Assembly: GCA_029941485.1 (NCBI GenBank) | Contig: JAPYOZ010000001.1 | Span: 1 to 62,662 of the forward strand | Direction of reading: 5' to 3' | Length of the DNA: 62,662 nucleotides | Source: Gammaproteobacteria bacterium | GTDB taxonomy: Bacteria > Pseudomonadota > Gammaproteobacteria > PS1 > Pseudothioglobaceae | Shown: piece after piece, positions 30,110 through 39,910 of the stretch | Layout of the letters: the number at the start of each line of letters is the position of its first letter | Numbering within the stretch: the first letter of the stretch is position 1 | Notes under the pieces: model-generated | Told to the model about the DNA's origin: nothing | What the model saw: only the letters and a program-made list of their open reading frames with translations | Database searches by the model: none | Position numbers and translations under genes: made by a program

Positions 30110-30830
30110 ATGCGTGTGGTTTTACTGGCAAGGTATGCTCGAAAGTTTCAATGTTGATAAATCCTTCTACTAACTTAGTTTCAATTTTAGAACTGGGTTT
30201 GCTAATAGCCACAACAGTGCCGATACCAAATTTTTTAGCGGACTTTAAGACTGTTTTTGAATCGTCAAAGAAAACACTCTTGGCTTTGTCCAGGTGAATA
30301 GATTCATCTAATTTTTGCCAAAAATCTTGATCCTCTTTAGCTGCATCATAGTCATGTGATGAAATAATGGTATCAAAATATTGCTCTAAATTAGTGACTC
30401 GCATTTTTAATTGAATGGTTTTTCTGTGCGCGTTAGTGACTAAATAAATACGTTTGTTATGTTGTCTAGCTTGTTCTAGAAATTCTAAAACAAACGGGTG
30501 TATTTGGATTAAATGCGCCACATCTTCTTTGAGTTTAGCGATGTCTAATTCAAAGATTTTTTGCCAATAATCTAAACAGTACCAGTGCAACTTACCCTCC
30601 TCTGCACGCATCACAGGGTAGAACTTGTCTTTTGATTCTTGATGAGTAAGGTTGTGCTTATTGGCCAATACCAATGGTAAATACTCCATCCAAAAATGCA
30701 AGTCAAAATTCAGATCAAGCAACGTACCATCCATATCTAATAGAATGGTGTCAATCTCAGACCAGTTGATGGAAGAAGGGTTTGCCTTAGGCTTTGAGTT
30801 ATCCTCGACGCCAGCTTGTGCCATTTGCAC
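30108..30830 (-). CDS. yrfG: HAD-family GMP/IMP nucleotidase (YrfG-like)
   Basis: '[14 protein letters not shown]...HWYCLDYW...LVTNAH...FFDDS' aligns closely with my recollection of E. coli YrfG. The 5' end overlaps the cysS 3' end by 32 nt. Confidence 0.78.
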   Translation of the reverse strand: MQMAQAGVEDNSKPKANPSSINWSEIDTILLDMDGTLLDLNFDLHFWMEYLPLVLANKHNLTHQESKDKFYPVMRAEEGKLHWYCLDYWQKIFELDIAKLKEDVAHLIQIHPFVLEFLEQARQHNKRIYLVTNAHRKTIQLKMRVTNLEQYFDTIISSHDYDAAKEDQDFWQKLDESIHLDKAKSVFFDDSKTVLKSAKKFGIGTVVAISKPSSKIETKLVEGFINIETFEHTLPVKPHA

Positions 30831-32214
30831 TGTCCTCTAAGATAACGCCTGATTCAGTCAGCTCATCGCGGATTTGGTCAGATAAAGCAAAGTCTTTATT
30901 GCCTTTTGCCTCGTTGCGTTGCTTGATCTTTGCATCAATGTCTTCATCGGCTAGGTCAACCCTTCTCTTTTTAGTACCCCCTTGAGGGGTGTGCTTTAAA
31001 AAGCTGTCTGCATCGGTTTGTAAAATACCAATATATCCACCAAGTTTCTGCAAGAGTTGAGCTAAAGCATTAGCTTGATCGATGTCTTTTTCACGCTCAG
31101 AATTAACCAATTTGGCCAATTCAAACAAAACACTCAGTGCAATTGAGGTGTTAAAGTCGTCATCCAGCGCTGCATTAAAACGTTTCTCAAAATCAAACCG
31201 TTGTGAAACTTCATCCATGGCCGCTTCTGATGCACTTAATCCACGCGTTGCTGTGTATAAGCGCGTTAAAGAAGACTTCGCCAAGTCCAAGTTATCATCA
31301 CTAAAGTTGAGCGGGCTACGATAATGCGAGCTCATAATAAAGTAGCGCAGAGTTTCACCATCGTAGCTTTCCAAAACCGTGCGAATGGTGAAAAAATTAT
31401 TCAGCGACTTACTCATTTTCTCATTGTCAATATTAACGAATCCAACGTGCATCCAAGTATTAACAAACGTGCAATCGTGCGCACCTTCAGATTGTGCAAT
31501 TTCATTTTCATGGTGTGGGAATGTCAAATCCATACCACCACCATGAATATCAAAATGGTTACCTAAATGGTGTGTTGACATGGCCGAACATTCAATATGC
31601 CAGCCTGGACGTCCATCACCCCAAGGTGATGACCAGCTTGGCTCAGATGGTTTAGCCATCTTCCACAAGACAAAATCTAGCGGGTCTCTCTTATCAGTTT
31701 CGATATCAACACGTGCACCAGCTTCAAGCTCATCTAGGTTTTTGCCCGAGAGTTTGCCATAGCCTTCAAAATCACGCACTGAGTAATAGACATCACCGTT
31801 CTTTCCTTGGTAGGCAATGCCTTTTTCAATTAATGCCTCAATCATATAAAACATTTGATCTATCGCATCAGTAGCACGCGGCTCTACATCGGGCGCCAAA
31901 ACGCCAAGCGCACGTTCATCTTCATGCATGGCTTCAATAAAACGATTGGTTATGCTGTAAATATCTTCTTTATTTTCAACCGCACGTTTGATGATTTTGT
32001 CGTCAATATCAGTGATATTACGAACATATTCCACCTTGGGAAAATGGCGTCTGAGATGGCGAGTAATAACATCAAACATCACCAAAACACGCGCATGCCC
32101 CATATGACAATAGTCATACACGGTCATGCCACAGACATACATTCCCACCTTGTTAGGGTCGATTGGATGAAAGACTTCTTTTTGTTTGCTAAGCGTATTG
32201 TAGATTTTAAGCAT
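30799..32214 (-). CDS. cysS: cysteine--tRNA ligase
   Basis: HIGH-type 'CHMGHAR' and 'KMSKS' motifs, full length. Confidence 0.96.
   Translation of the reverse strand: MLKIYNTLSKQKEVFHPIDPNKVGMYVCGMTVYDYCHMGHARVLVMFDVITRHLRRHFPKVEYVRNITDIDDKIIKRAVENKEDIYSITNRFIEAMHEDERALGVLAPDVEPRATDAIDQMFYMIEALIEKGIAYQGKNGDVYYSVRDFEGYGKLSGKNLDELEAGARVDIETDKRDPLDFVLWKMAKPSEPSWSSPWGDGRPGWHIECSAMSTHHLGNHFDIHGGGMDLTFPHHENEIAQSEGAHDCTFVNTWMHVGFVNIDNEKMSKSLNNFFTIRTVLESYDGETLRYFIMSSHYRSPLNFSDDNLDLAKSSLTRLYTATRGLSASEAAMDEVSQRFDFEKRFNAALDDDFNTSIALSVLFELAKLVNSEREKDIDQANALAQLLQKLGGYIGILQTDADSFLKHTPQGGTKKRRVDLADEDIDAKIKQRNEAKGNKDFALSDQIRDELTESGVILEDSANGTSWRRG
30965..30991 (-). repeat. 27-nt GC-rich hairpin-forming repeat, copy 1 (in-frame within cysS, encodes TPQGGTKKR)
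   Basis: CTCTTTTTAGTACCCCCTTGAGGGGTG, 26/27 identical to 56385-56411. Confidence 0.9.
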
Positions 32215-32298
32215 GGCGCTATTTTACGTTAAACTGATGTGGATATAACTTGTTACAACAAGCCCTTATTTTTTATAGGAGATAAATTAGAGACTAAT

Positions 32299-32306
32299 TG
32301 TATAAT
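32299..32306 (+). promoter_or_regulatory. candidate -10 region (TGTATAAT) for the peroxiredoxin gene
   Basis: TATAAT at 32301-32306, 34 nt before the ATG. Confidence 0.5.
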
Positions 32307-32339
32307 AAACTGATTTTTATTATTTTATTTGGAGAAAGT

Positions 32340-32939
32340 ATGAGCGTTTTAGTCACACAACAAGCACCTGATTTCACAGCTGCTGCAGTTTTAGCCAACG
32401 GTTCTATCGTTGATGATTTTCAGTTATCTAGCCTAAAAGGCAAGAAAATTATGTTGTTCTTTTATCCGTTGGACTTCACTTTTGTTTGTCCATCTGAAAT
32501 TCTAGCACATCATCATCGTATTGCAAAGTTTGCTGAGAAGGGTGTTGAAGTGGTTGGTGTTTCAGTAGATTCACAGTTTACCCATAACGCATGGCGCAAC
32601 ACGGCTCCAGCAGATGGCGGTTTAGGTGCAATCGATTTTCCATTAGTGGCTGATACAGACCACTCAATTATGGAAGCTTACGGTATTGTGCATCCAGCTG
32701 GCATCGCATTACGTGCTTCGTTTTTAATTGATGAAAATTTTGATGTGCGTCATCAAGTGGTAAACGATCTTCCATTAGGTCGTGATGTTGATGAAATGTT
32801 ACGCATGGTAGATGCACTTGATTTCCACACAACGCATGGTGAGGTTTGCCCTGCCGGTTGGCAAAAAGGCGACGAAGGCATGAAAGACACACCAGAAGGT
32901 GTGGCTGATTACTTAGCGAAAAACGCTGATAATTTGTAA
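32340..32939 (+). CDS. typical 2-Cys peroxiredoxin (AhpC/Tsa family)
   Basis: 'FYPLDFTFVCPSE' peroxidatic Cys and 'GEVCPAGW' resolving Cys. RBS GGAGA before the ATG at 32340. Confidence 0.92.
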   Translation: MSVLVTQQAPDFTAAAVLANGSIVDDFQLSSLKGKKIMLFFYPLDFTFVCPSEILAHHHRIAKFAEKGVEVVGVSVDSQFTHNAWRNTAPADGGLGAIDFPLVADTDHSIMEAYGIVHPAGIALRASFLIDENFDVRHQVVNDLPLGRDVDEMLRMVDALDFHTTHGEVCPAGWQKGDEGMKDTPEGVADYLAKNADNL

Positions 32940-32956
32940 TTAATTATTGGTTTAAT

Positions 32957-32986
32957 AAAGGGGAGTGATTCACTCCCCTTTTTTTA
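32957..32986 (+). terminator. intrinsic terminator after the peroxiredoxin gene
   Basis: GGGGAGTG-ATT-CACTCCCC followed by T8. Confidence 0.85.
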
Positions 32987-33006
32987 TTTAAAAATTGGAG
33001 AAAATA

Positions 33007-33180
33007 ATGAAATTTAAAAAATTAAGATGCATTGTTTGTGACTGGGTTTATGACGAGTATTTAGGTTCACCAAGAGACGGCATTGAACCAAAAACAAAAT
33101 GGGAAGATGTACCTGAAGACTGGGTCTGCCCTGATTGTGGCGCAACTAAGGATCAATTCGATATGATCGAAATCGAGTAA
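33007..33180 (+). CDS. rubredoxin
   Basis: CxxC...CPxC pattern (CIVCDWVYDE...WVCPDCGA), 57 aa, RBS GGAGA. Confidence 0.92.
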   Translation: MKFKKLRCIVCDWVYDEYLGSPRDGIEPKTKWEDVPEDWVCPDCGATKDQFDMIEIE

Positions 33181-33216
33181 AATAACTGTTTTATAATTCA
33201 TAACACGCAAAGACAA

Positions 33217-34290
33217 ATGTCAAAAGTATTAATATTGCCAGGTGATGGCATTGGCCAAGAAATTGTTGTTCAGGCGCTTAAAGTCATCGATCATCTTAAT
33301 CAAAACAACAGTTTAGGCATGGAGATTGTCCATGGTTTGGTTGGTGGCACGGCCTATGATGAAACCGGATCGCCATTGCCACAAGCGACGTTAGATGCGG
33401 CGCGTGAGTGTGATTCAATTTTACTTGGCGCTGTTGGTGGCTATCAGTGGGAGGCGCTAGAGCGCGATCTTCGCCCTGAACGTGGTTTGTTAGGCTTGCG
33501 CGCAGAGATGGATTTATTCTCAAACCTTCGCCCCGCTATTTTGTATCCACAATTGGCTAGCGCTTCAACTCTAAAAGAAGACATTGTTTCAGGACTAGAT
33601 TTGATGATTGTTCGTGAGTTAGTTGCCGGTATTTACTTTGGACAACCGCGTGGTATTGAGATTCGTGATGGCGAGCGCTATGGTTTTAATACCGCTACTT
33701 ACTACGAGTCAGAGATACGCCGCATTGGCCACTCAGCATTCAAAATTGCCCAAAAACGCGACAAGCGTGTATGTTCGGTCGATAAAGCCAATGTGTTAGA
33801 AGTATGTGAATTATGGCGCGACGTGATGATTGAGGTGGCTAAAGACTACCCAGATGTTGAGCTTTCTCACATGTATGTGGATAATGCAGCCATGCAATTG
33901 GTCAAAGAACCAAAGCAATTTGACGTCATGGTGACATCAAACCTATTTGGCGATGTATTGTCTGATTGTGCGGCCATGTTAACGGGCTCAATCGGCATGT
34001 TGCCAAGTGCCTCTATAAACAAAGACGGCTTTGGCATGTACGAGCCAATTCACGGTTCTGCACCAGATATCGCTGGTCAAGACTTGGCCAATCCACTGGC
34101 AACCATTTTGTCAGTTTCAATGATGTTACGCTACTCGCTTAATCAAGTGGCATTGGCTGATAAAATTGATGCAGCAGTAAACACCGTACTTGATCAAGGC
34201 TACCGCACACAAGACATTGCCAGTGATGGCGATACAGTGGTTGGCACATCTAAGATGGGCGATCTTGTAGTAAAAGCACTTCAAGGGTAA
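33217..34290 (+). CDS. leuB: 3-isopropylmalate dehydrogenase
   Basis: LeuB pattern over the full length (NLFGDVLSD..., GSAPDIAGQ). Confidence 0.95.
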   Translation: MSKVLILPGDGIGQEIVVQALKVIDHLNQNNSLGMEIVHGLVGGTAYDETGSPLPQATLDAARECDSILLGAVGGYQWEALERDLRPERGLLGLRAEMDLFSNLRPAILYPQLASASTLKEDIVSGLDLMIVRELVAGIYFGQPRGIEIRDGERYGFNTATYYESEIRRIGHSAFKIAQKRDKRVCSVDKANVLEVCELWRDVMIEVAKDYPDVELSHMYVDNAAMQLVKEPKQFDVMVTSNLFGDVLSDCAAMLTGSIGMLPSASINKDGFGMYEPIHGSAPDIAGQDLANPLATILSVSMMLRYSLNQVALADKIDAAVNTVLDQGYRTQDIASDGDTVVGTSKMGDLVVKALQG

Positions 34291-34292
34291 TT

Positions 34293-34541
34293 ATGAAAAT
34301 TGTCGTTTATTCAACCCACACTTGCCCAATCTGCGTCAAAACTAAAGAGCTGTTAGATAAATGGGATCTGCCTTTTGAGCAAAAATACATCGATGAAGAT
34401 CACGCTCACATGGTGGAGTTTTCTAAAGTGACTGATGGCGCACGCATGGTGCCCCAGTTAACTATTGATGGAAAGCATATTGGTGGGTTTAGTGATCTGA
34501 CGGAACTCCACATGGACGGCTTCTTCGATTCACAGGGTTAA
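34293..34541 (+). CDS. glutaredoxin
   Basis: CPIC active site and 'VPQLTIDGKHIGGFSDL'. Confidence 0.88.
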   Translation: MKIVVYSTHTCPICVKTKELLDKWDLPFEQKYIDEDHAHMVEFSKVTDGARMVPQLTIDGKHIGGFSDLTELHMDGFFDSQG

Positions 34542-34682
34542 TTTTCACCCTTGTTTTCGTTATCAAAATTTCCAATTGGTCACTTACTAATTGTAAGCTC
34601 CCGGCTTGTCAATTTTCTTAAGCCTCAACAAGAATAAAAATCCCTCTATTTTTTGCAATTTTTTGCGTTACAATCTGACTTT

Positions 34683-35273
34683 ATGAAGGATATTGTCGCA
34701 AATAATGCAGATTTAAGAAAGCTCATGGAAGGCAACAAGCGTTATGTTTCCTCTCATCTTGAGCATCCCGATCAATCGAGCGAGCGACGTTTTGAGCTCA
34801 AACATGGCCAACATCCGTTTGCGATTATTTTAGGTTGTTCGGATTCTCGCGTACCACCTGAAGTGCTGTTTGATCAAGGTTTGGGTGATTTGTACGTGGT
34901 GCGTGTGGCGGGCAATGTGTTGGATCAAATGATTGTGGCTAGTATTGAATATGCAGTATTACACCTTAACGTTTCTTTGGTTATGGTAATGGGGCATACT
35001 CAATGTGGTGCAGTTGCTGCAACGTGTAATCATGAGCAATTAGAAGGGCATTTGCCTTCTTTGACTTTTGCGCTTAATCCAGCTTTTAATCAAGCGAAGG
35101 ATCAACCTGGAAATTTGGTTGAAAATGTCACCTTGGCTAATGTTGGCTTGGTGAGTGAGGAGCTCAAACAAACAGGCATGCATTTTCCAGAAATGGTTGA
35201 AAAAGGCGATCTAACCATTGTGCCTGCTTATTATCATATTGGCACCGGAAAAGTGGAGTTGTTAGAAGTATGA
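34683..35273 (+). CDS. beta-class carbonic anhydrase
   Basis: 'CSDSRVPPE' and 'GHTQCGAV' zinc-ligand motifs. I prefer the ATG at 34683 over the upstream TTG. Confidence 0.9.
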   Translation: MKDIVANNADLRKLMEGNKRYVSSHLEHPDQSSERRFELKHGQHPFAIILGCSDSRVPPEVLFDQGLGDLYVVRVAGNVLDQMIVASIEYAVLHLNVSLVMVMGHTQCGAVAATCNHEQLEGHLPSLTFALNPAFNQAKDQPGNLVENVTLANVGLVSEELKQTGMHFPEMVEKGDLTIVPAYYHIGTGKVELLEV

Positions 35274-35905
35274 ATTTAGAAGTAACTCAAGAATTTTCCA
35301 ATAGCTTGTATTGGATTTCATTAGTGGCTGTTGTGGTGTCATCTGCCTCCGGCGTGCTTAAATCTGGTTTTAGGCAATTTGATTTATTTGGTGTTATTAT
35401 TATTGCTATAACAACTGGATTGGGCGGTGGATCATTAAGAGATATGCTGTTAGATGTCGATGTGTTTTGGATCCAAGATCAGGTTTTCTTTATTGCTTCA
35501 TTAGTAAGTGCCATTATTATTTTTGTGGGTGCTAGGTTATTTTCAATTTCACCAAAGCTATTTTTAATACCTGATGCAGCAGGATTGGCAGCCTTTAGTG
35601 TTGCAGGCACAATGGTGGCGTTAGTGGCGGGTTCGCCATGGTTGGTGGCTAGTTTTATGGGGGTGGTTACCGGCGCGATGGGCGGAATTTTTAGAGATAT
35701 GTTGTGTAACGAAACGCCAATTGTTTTTAAAAGCCCACTCTATGCAACAGCCGCTTGGCTTGGGTCTCTAGCCTTTATTGTGCTGTTAGATAATGGGGTT
35801 GGCGTGACAGTTTCAGCCGTATTTGCTGGACTGAGTATTTTTGTTGTTAGGATGGTGGCAATCCGCCTTGATTTGGGATTGCCTAAATTTCAATTAAAAC
35901 AATAA
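35270..35905 (+). CDS. TRIC/UPF0126-family cation channel (YadS-like)
   Basis: Two UPF0126 repeats with 'GGGSLRDML' and 'MGGIFRDML'. Confidence 0.8.
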   Translation: MNLEVTQEFSNSLYWISLVAVVVSSASGVLKSGFRQFDLFGVIIIAITTGLGGGSLRDMLLDVDVFWIQDQVFFIASLVSAIIIFVGARLFSISPKLFLIPDAAGLAAFSVAGTMVALVAGSPWLVASFMGVVTGAMGGIFRDMLCNETPIVFKSPLYATAAWLGSLAFIVLLDNGVGVTVSAVFAGLSIFVVRMVAIRLDLGLPKFQLKQ

Positions 35906-35908
35906 GTT

Positions 35909-36865
35909 TTAATTATCTCTATCCTCAATCTCTAACAACATCTTGTTGATATGCCTACCTAGTTGGGCATCGTAACCGTGCCAATCTCTGTAATTGGCTA
36001 GCTTTTTATCAGCAAAAGGCTTGATTTCATAATCAGCTAAATCTTCTTCATAGCCTTTTTTGGTTTCGTCTTGCACAATCAATAAATAATCTAAGAAAGG
36101 TTGGACAGCATTTTGTGCATTGCCTGATGGGCCGTGGCCAGGTACATAGTGATCAAAACCTAAATCGATTGCGTATTCTAATGCTTTGATATTGCCATGC
36201 ATATCAGAGGTGCCATCAAATCGACCAAAACGATTAATCAAATCATTGTCGCCCAAGAACAGGGTTTTACTACCGACATGTTCAATCATAATGTCAGTAT
36301 TGGTGTGCGCCACGCCGGTAATGTCATTGTGGATTTTGAACGTTTCTCCTGCTACAGTAATCTCTTGTAAATGTGTGGTTGCGTCAGTTGGGTAAACGGC
36401 AATTGTGCCTTTTGACACGCCTTCGGTTGAAGTATCCATAATACCAACCCAGCTATCGCCAGCACCATCTTTGGCTTGTGCAATCATAGCAGGATGCGCA
36501 TAAATTTTAGCGTTAGGATATTGCTCCATAATCGCTTGGTTACCTAGCCAGTGGTCGCCATGTACATGGGTGTTAAAGGCAGCTATAACTGGTTTGTCAG
36601 TGATTTTTTTAATTTCTGCAATAACTTGCTGCCCGACTTGGTAAGTACCACCTGGGTCAATAACAATCACGCCATCAGCACCAATGACCATGCCCGGGTT
36701 GTTCATAAAACCATGGTTCTGTTTGTTAGGCTCGCCAAGTGGGCCATGCATAACCTGAACTTGTGTGTCAAGCGCCTCAAATTTGTATTCGCCTAAACCG
36801 TCAATCACCCAAGCATTGGCCAATGTTGAAAGTGTTAATGTAAATAGTAGTGTTAGTTTTTTCAT
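35909..36865 (-). CDS. secreted MBL-fold metallo-hydrolase
   Basis: Signal peptide and an HVHGDH (HxHxDH) motif. Confidence 0.8.
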   Translation of the reverse strand: MKKLTLLFTLTLSTLANAWVIDGLGEYKFEALDTQVQVMHGPLGEPNKQNHGFMNNPGMVIGADGVIVIDPGGTYQVGQQVIAEIKKITDKPVIAAFNTHVHGDHWLGNQAIMEQYPNAKIYAHPAMIAQAKDGAGDSWVGIMDTSTEGVSKGTIAVYPTDATTHLQEITVAGETFKIHNDITGVAHTNTDIMIEHVGSKTLFLGDNDLINRFGRFDGTSDMHGNIKALEYAIDLGFDHYVPGHGPSGNAQNAVQPFLDYLLIVQDETKKGYEEDLADYEIKPFADKKLANYRDWHGYDAQLGRHINKMLLEIEDRDN

Positions 36866-36907
36866 GATTTCCCTCTTAATCTATGTTGAACGACTTAGTA
36901 TACCTAA

Positions 36908-36916
36908 TGTTATAAT
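36908..36916 (+). promoter_or_regulatory. extended -10 element TGtTATAAT ending 7 nt before the nudE ATG
   Basis: Read directly. There is no Shine-Dalgarno between it and the ATG at 36924. Confidence 0.5.
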
Positions 36917-36923
36917 TCTAAAT

Positions 36924-37475
36924 ATGCGCAAAAAACCAACCGTATCCAATGTAAAAAATATAGCAACCACTAGGTTTTTTAATATTCAGTCAATGGATAT
37001 TGAATTTTCCAATGGTGAAAAACGCCAATATGAGCGCTTAAAGCCACCTGGAGAAGGTGCAGTATTGGTGGTCCCAATGTTAGACGATGACACAGTATTA
37101 ATGATTTATGAATATTCTGGTGGTACCGATCGATATGAACTGGCACTGACTAAAGGAAAAATCGATAAAGGAGAATCACCTATTGACACTGCTAATCGTG
37201 AGTTGATTGAAGAAATTGGCTATGGTGCAAAAGACCTTAAGCTGATTAAAACCATGACATTAGCGCCTGGTTATCAGTCTAATTTTACCCATATTGTGCT
37301 GGCACAAAATTTGTACAAAGCAAGTGCTGAAGGGGATGAGCCCGAGCCACTCGAAGTGGTTAAGTACAAATTGAGTGATTTGGAAGAACTGGTTTATAAC
37401 AAAGATTTAACCGAAGCCAGAACCATCGCAGCGCTTTATATGGCCAAGGAAATTATTCGAAAACAAAACGTGTGA
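36924..37475 (+). CDS. nudE: ADP compounds hydrolase NudE (Nudix)
   Basis: Aligns end to end with my recollection of E. coli NudE (KPT..N...RLF.V.S.DLEFSNG..R.YER..P; Nudix box GKIDKGESPIDTANRELIEEIGY). Confidence 0.9.
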   Translation: MRKKPTVSNVKNIATTRFFNIQSMDIEFSNGEKRQYERLKPPGEGAVLVVPMLDDDTVLMIYEYSGGTDRYELALTKGKIDKGESPIDTANRELIEEIGYGAKDLKLIKTMTLAPGYQSNFTHIVLAQNLYKASAEGDEPEPLEVVKYKLSDLEELVYNKDLTEARTIAALYMAKEIIRKQNV

Positions 37476-38131
37476 TTGATATTCCACAAGCGTTTATTCT
37501 TGGCTTAAAAGACACGCCTTTCCCCAGTGTTGATTTAGCACTTGAAGAGCCAAACGGCTTAATCGCCATTGGCGGCGAGTTATCTACCGAGCGTCTATTA
37601 GAGGCTTATAAAAAAGGTATTTTCCCTTGGTATAGCGAGGGTAATCCGGTGCTTTGGTATAGTCCAAACCCTAGAATGGTGATCACCAAAGACAAGCTTC
37701 ACATCTCAAAAAGCCTAGATAAAGTACTGCAAAGCGGCCGGTTTGAAATACGCACTGACACCAATTTTGAACAAGTAATACAACAATGTAGAGCCATTAA
37801 ACGCAAGGATCAAGATAGTACTTGGATTGATGATGACATGGTGCGTGCCTATACCCAGATGCACCATCAAGGTTATGCGCGTTCAATCGAAGTTTATGAA
37901 GATGACCAGCTGATTGGCGGGCTATATGGTGTGGCAATGGGCAAGGTATTTTTTGGAGAATCAATGTTTTCTTGCAAAAGTAACGCGTCAAAAGTGGCGT
38001 TTGTTTACTTATTGCAAAATACGGATTATCAGCTGATTGATTGCCAGGTTGAAAACCCACATTTAAAAAGCTTGGGCGCCTTTAATATAGAGCGCTCTGC
38101 GTTTATGCTTAAACTTAAAGAATTGCTGTAA
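37472..38131 (+). CDS. aat: leucyl/phenylalanyl-tRNA--protein transferase
   Basis: 'GIFPWY', 'YGVAMGKVFFGESMF'. The GTG start overlaps the nudE stop. Confidence 0.9.
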   Translation: MIDIPQAFILGLKDTPFPSVDLALEEPNGLIAIGGELSTERLLEAYKKGIFPWYSEGNPVLWYSPNPRMVITKDKLHISKSLDKVLQSGRFEIRTDTNFEQVIQQCRAIKRKDQDSTWIDDDMVRAYTQMHHQGYARSIEVYEDDQLIGGLYGVAMGKVFFGESMFSCKSNASKVAFVYLLQNTDYQLIDCQVENPHLKSLGAFNIERSAFMLKLKELL

Positions 38132-38168
38132 AATTGCAATTGATTTTATAAAATAAAGAGCACTAAAT

Positions 38169-38357
38169 ATGAAAAAAATAGTTAGATTATTAGCACTGGC
38201 ATTTGTTGTAATTGGTATTTCAGCTTGTGGAAAAATGGGCGAATTAGAAAGCGTTAAAAATGATCAGGTTACTTTGTCTCCAGCACCAATTGATGAACAG
38301 ACGGTCCAAGTTGCTGCTGCACCAGAGTTTGATGTCATGCCGCATAGTTCTAAATAA
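38169..38357 (+). CDS. small lipoprotein (LptM/LppL-like) upstream of lysA
   Basis: Lipobox 'GISACGK'. The position before lysA matches the lppL-lysA arrangement I recall from pseudomonads. Confidence 0.65.
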   Translation: MKKIVRLLALAFVVIGISACGKMGELESVKNDQVTLSPAPIDEQTVQVAAAPEFDVMPHSSK

Positions 38358-38360
38358 TCA

Positions 38361-39602
38361 TTGAATTTTTCTTACAAAAATCAAACCTTAAACGCTGAAT
38401 CTGTTGCGATAACAGATTTGATGGCGACTTACGGCTCACCACTTTATGTGTATTCAAGAGCTGAAATCGAAAAAAATTGGCATACGTTTAACGATGCTTT
38501 TTCTAATCATCCGCACTTAGTTTGCTTTGCAGTAAAAGCTAATTCTAATCTAGCCGTGCTTAATGTATTGGCAAAAATCGGCTCTGGATTTGACGTTGTA
38601 TCACGAGGCGAACTAGAGCGAGTATTGGCAGCAGGCGGGCAAGCAAATCGTTGCGTATTTTCAGGTGTAGCAAAAGCCACTGATGAAATCGAATATGCGC
38701 TTGAAGTCGGCATTCGCTGTTTTAATGTTGAATCGAGCAGTGAACTTGATCGTATTGAGAGCATAGCAAATAGACTTAACGCTCAAGCACCTATTTCTAT
38801 TCGTGTTAATCCCGATGTGGATGCAAAAACACACCCTTATATCTCTACAGGTTTAAAAGAAAATAAATTCGGTGTTGATATTAATGATGCAATTAGTCTG
38901 TATGAAAAAGCAAATAATTCTAAGTATTTAGACGTTCAAGGTTTAGATTGCCATATTGGTTCTCAAATTACCGATGTGTCTCCTTTTTTAGATGCGCTCG
39001 GTAAAGTATTGGAGCTAATTGAAGAACTTAAAACAAAAGGCATTGAAATAGCACACCTTGATTTGGGCGGTGGTATTGGTATTAAATACGATAATGAACA
39101 AACCATTGATGTTAACGCTTACATTGTTTCTGTATTAGAGAAAGTGGGCGATTTAGAAATTATATTAGAACCGGGCAGGGCAATTGTAGGCAATGCAGGT
39201 ATTTTTGTTACTCAAGTGGAATTTTTAAAACAAAATTCTGAGCACTCATTTGCTATTATTGATGGCGCGATGAACGATTTGTTGCGCCCAGCGTTTTACA
39301 GTGCTTATCATCAGGTTTTGCCTGTGAATGAGAATAGCAATGGTACTCAAGCCAACTGGGATTTGGTTGGACCCATCTGCGAGACTGGAGATTTTTTAGC
39401 AAAAAATAGAAAATTATCGCTTTCCGAAGGTGATTATTTGGCTATTATGTCTGCAGGCGCTTATGGTTTTACCATGAGTTCAAATTATAACTCTCGTCCT
39501 CGAGTGGCCGAGGTGATAGTCTCAGGTGATCAACATAGTTTGGTGCGCGAACGAGAGACCATTCAAGATTTATTTAACAAAGAACATTTAATGAATGACT
39601 AA
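38361..39602 (+). CDS. lysA: diaminopimelate decarboxylase
   Basis: 'YGSPLYVY', 'AVKAN' PLP-lysine region, 'GGGIGI'. A TTG start is required to keep the conserved N-terminus. Confidence 0.93.
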   Translation: MNFSYKNQTLNAESVAITDLMATYGSPLYVYSRAEIEKNWHTFNDAFSNHPHLVCFAVKANSNLAVLNVLAKIGSGFDVVSRGELERVLAAGGQANRCVFSGVAKATDEIEYALEVGIRCFNVESSSELDRIESIANRLNAQAPISIRVNPDVDAKTHPYISTGLKENKFGVDINDAISLYEKANNSKYLDVQGLDCHIGSQITDVSPFLDALGKVLELIEELKTKGIEIAHLDLGGGIGIKYDNEQTIDVNAYIVSVLEKVGDLEIILEPGRAIVGNAGIFVTQVEFLKQNSEHSFAIIDGAMNDLLRPAFYSAYHQVLPVNENSNGTQANWDLVGPICETGDFLAKNRKLSLSEGDYLAIMSAGAYGFTMSSNYNSRPRVAEVIVSGDQHSLVRERETIQDLFNKEHLMND

Positions 39603-39897
39603 ATTAACCAACAATCAAAAGAAATTTTTAAGAGCAAAGGGTCATGCACTTAAGCCAGTAGTAATGGTGGGACAACATGGTTTAAGCGAATCAGTATTAG
39701 CCGAATTAGAATCAAGCATGAGTAAACACGAGTTGCTAAAAATTAAAATTCGAACCGAAGATAGAGACGAGAAACAAAATATGATTAATAAGATTGTAGA
39801 AGTGTCTCACTCACATTTGGTTCAGGTTATTGGCAATGTGATGGTGATTTATCGTGCATTCGACGAAGAACCACAGATAATTCTACCACGCAAGTAA
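39595..39897 (+). CDS. yhbY: ribosome assembly RNA-binding protein YhbY
   Basis: CRS1/YhbY pattern 'LT..QKKFLRAKGHALKPVVMVGQHGLS'. Confidence 0.88.
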   Translation: MTKLTNNQKKFLRAKGHALKPVVMVGQHGLSESVLAELESSMSKHELLKIKIRTEDRDEKQNMINKIVEVSHSHLVQVIGNVMVIYRAFDEEPQIILPRK

Positions 39898-39910
39898 AGC
39901 GGCACTTTAT

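Noticed and set aside
36765-36923. 53-codon upstream extension of the nudE ORF
   Set aside because: It overlaps the divergent MBL gene. The alignment with E. coli NudE starts at the ATG at 36924.
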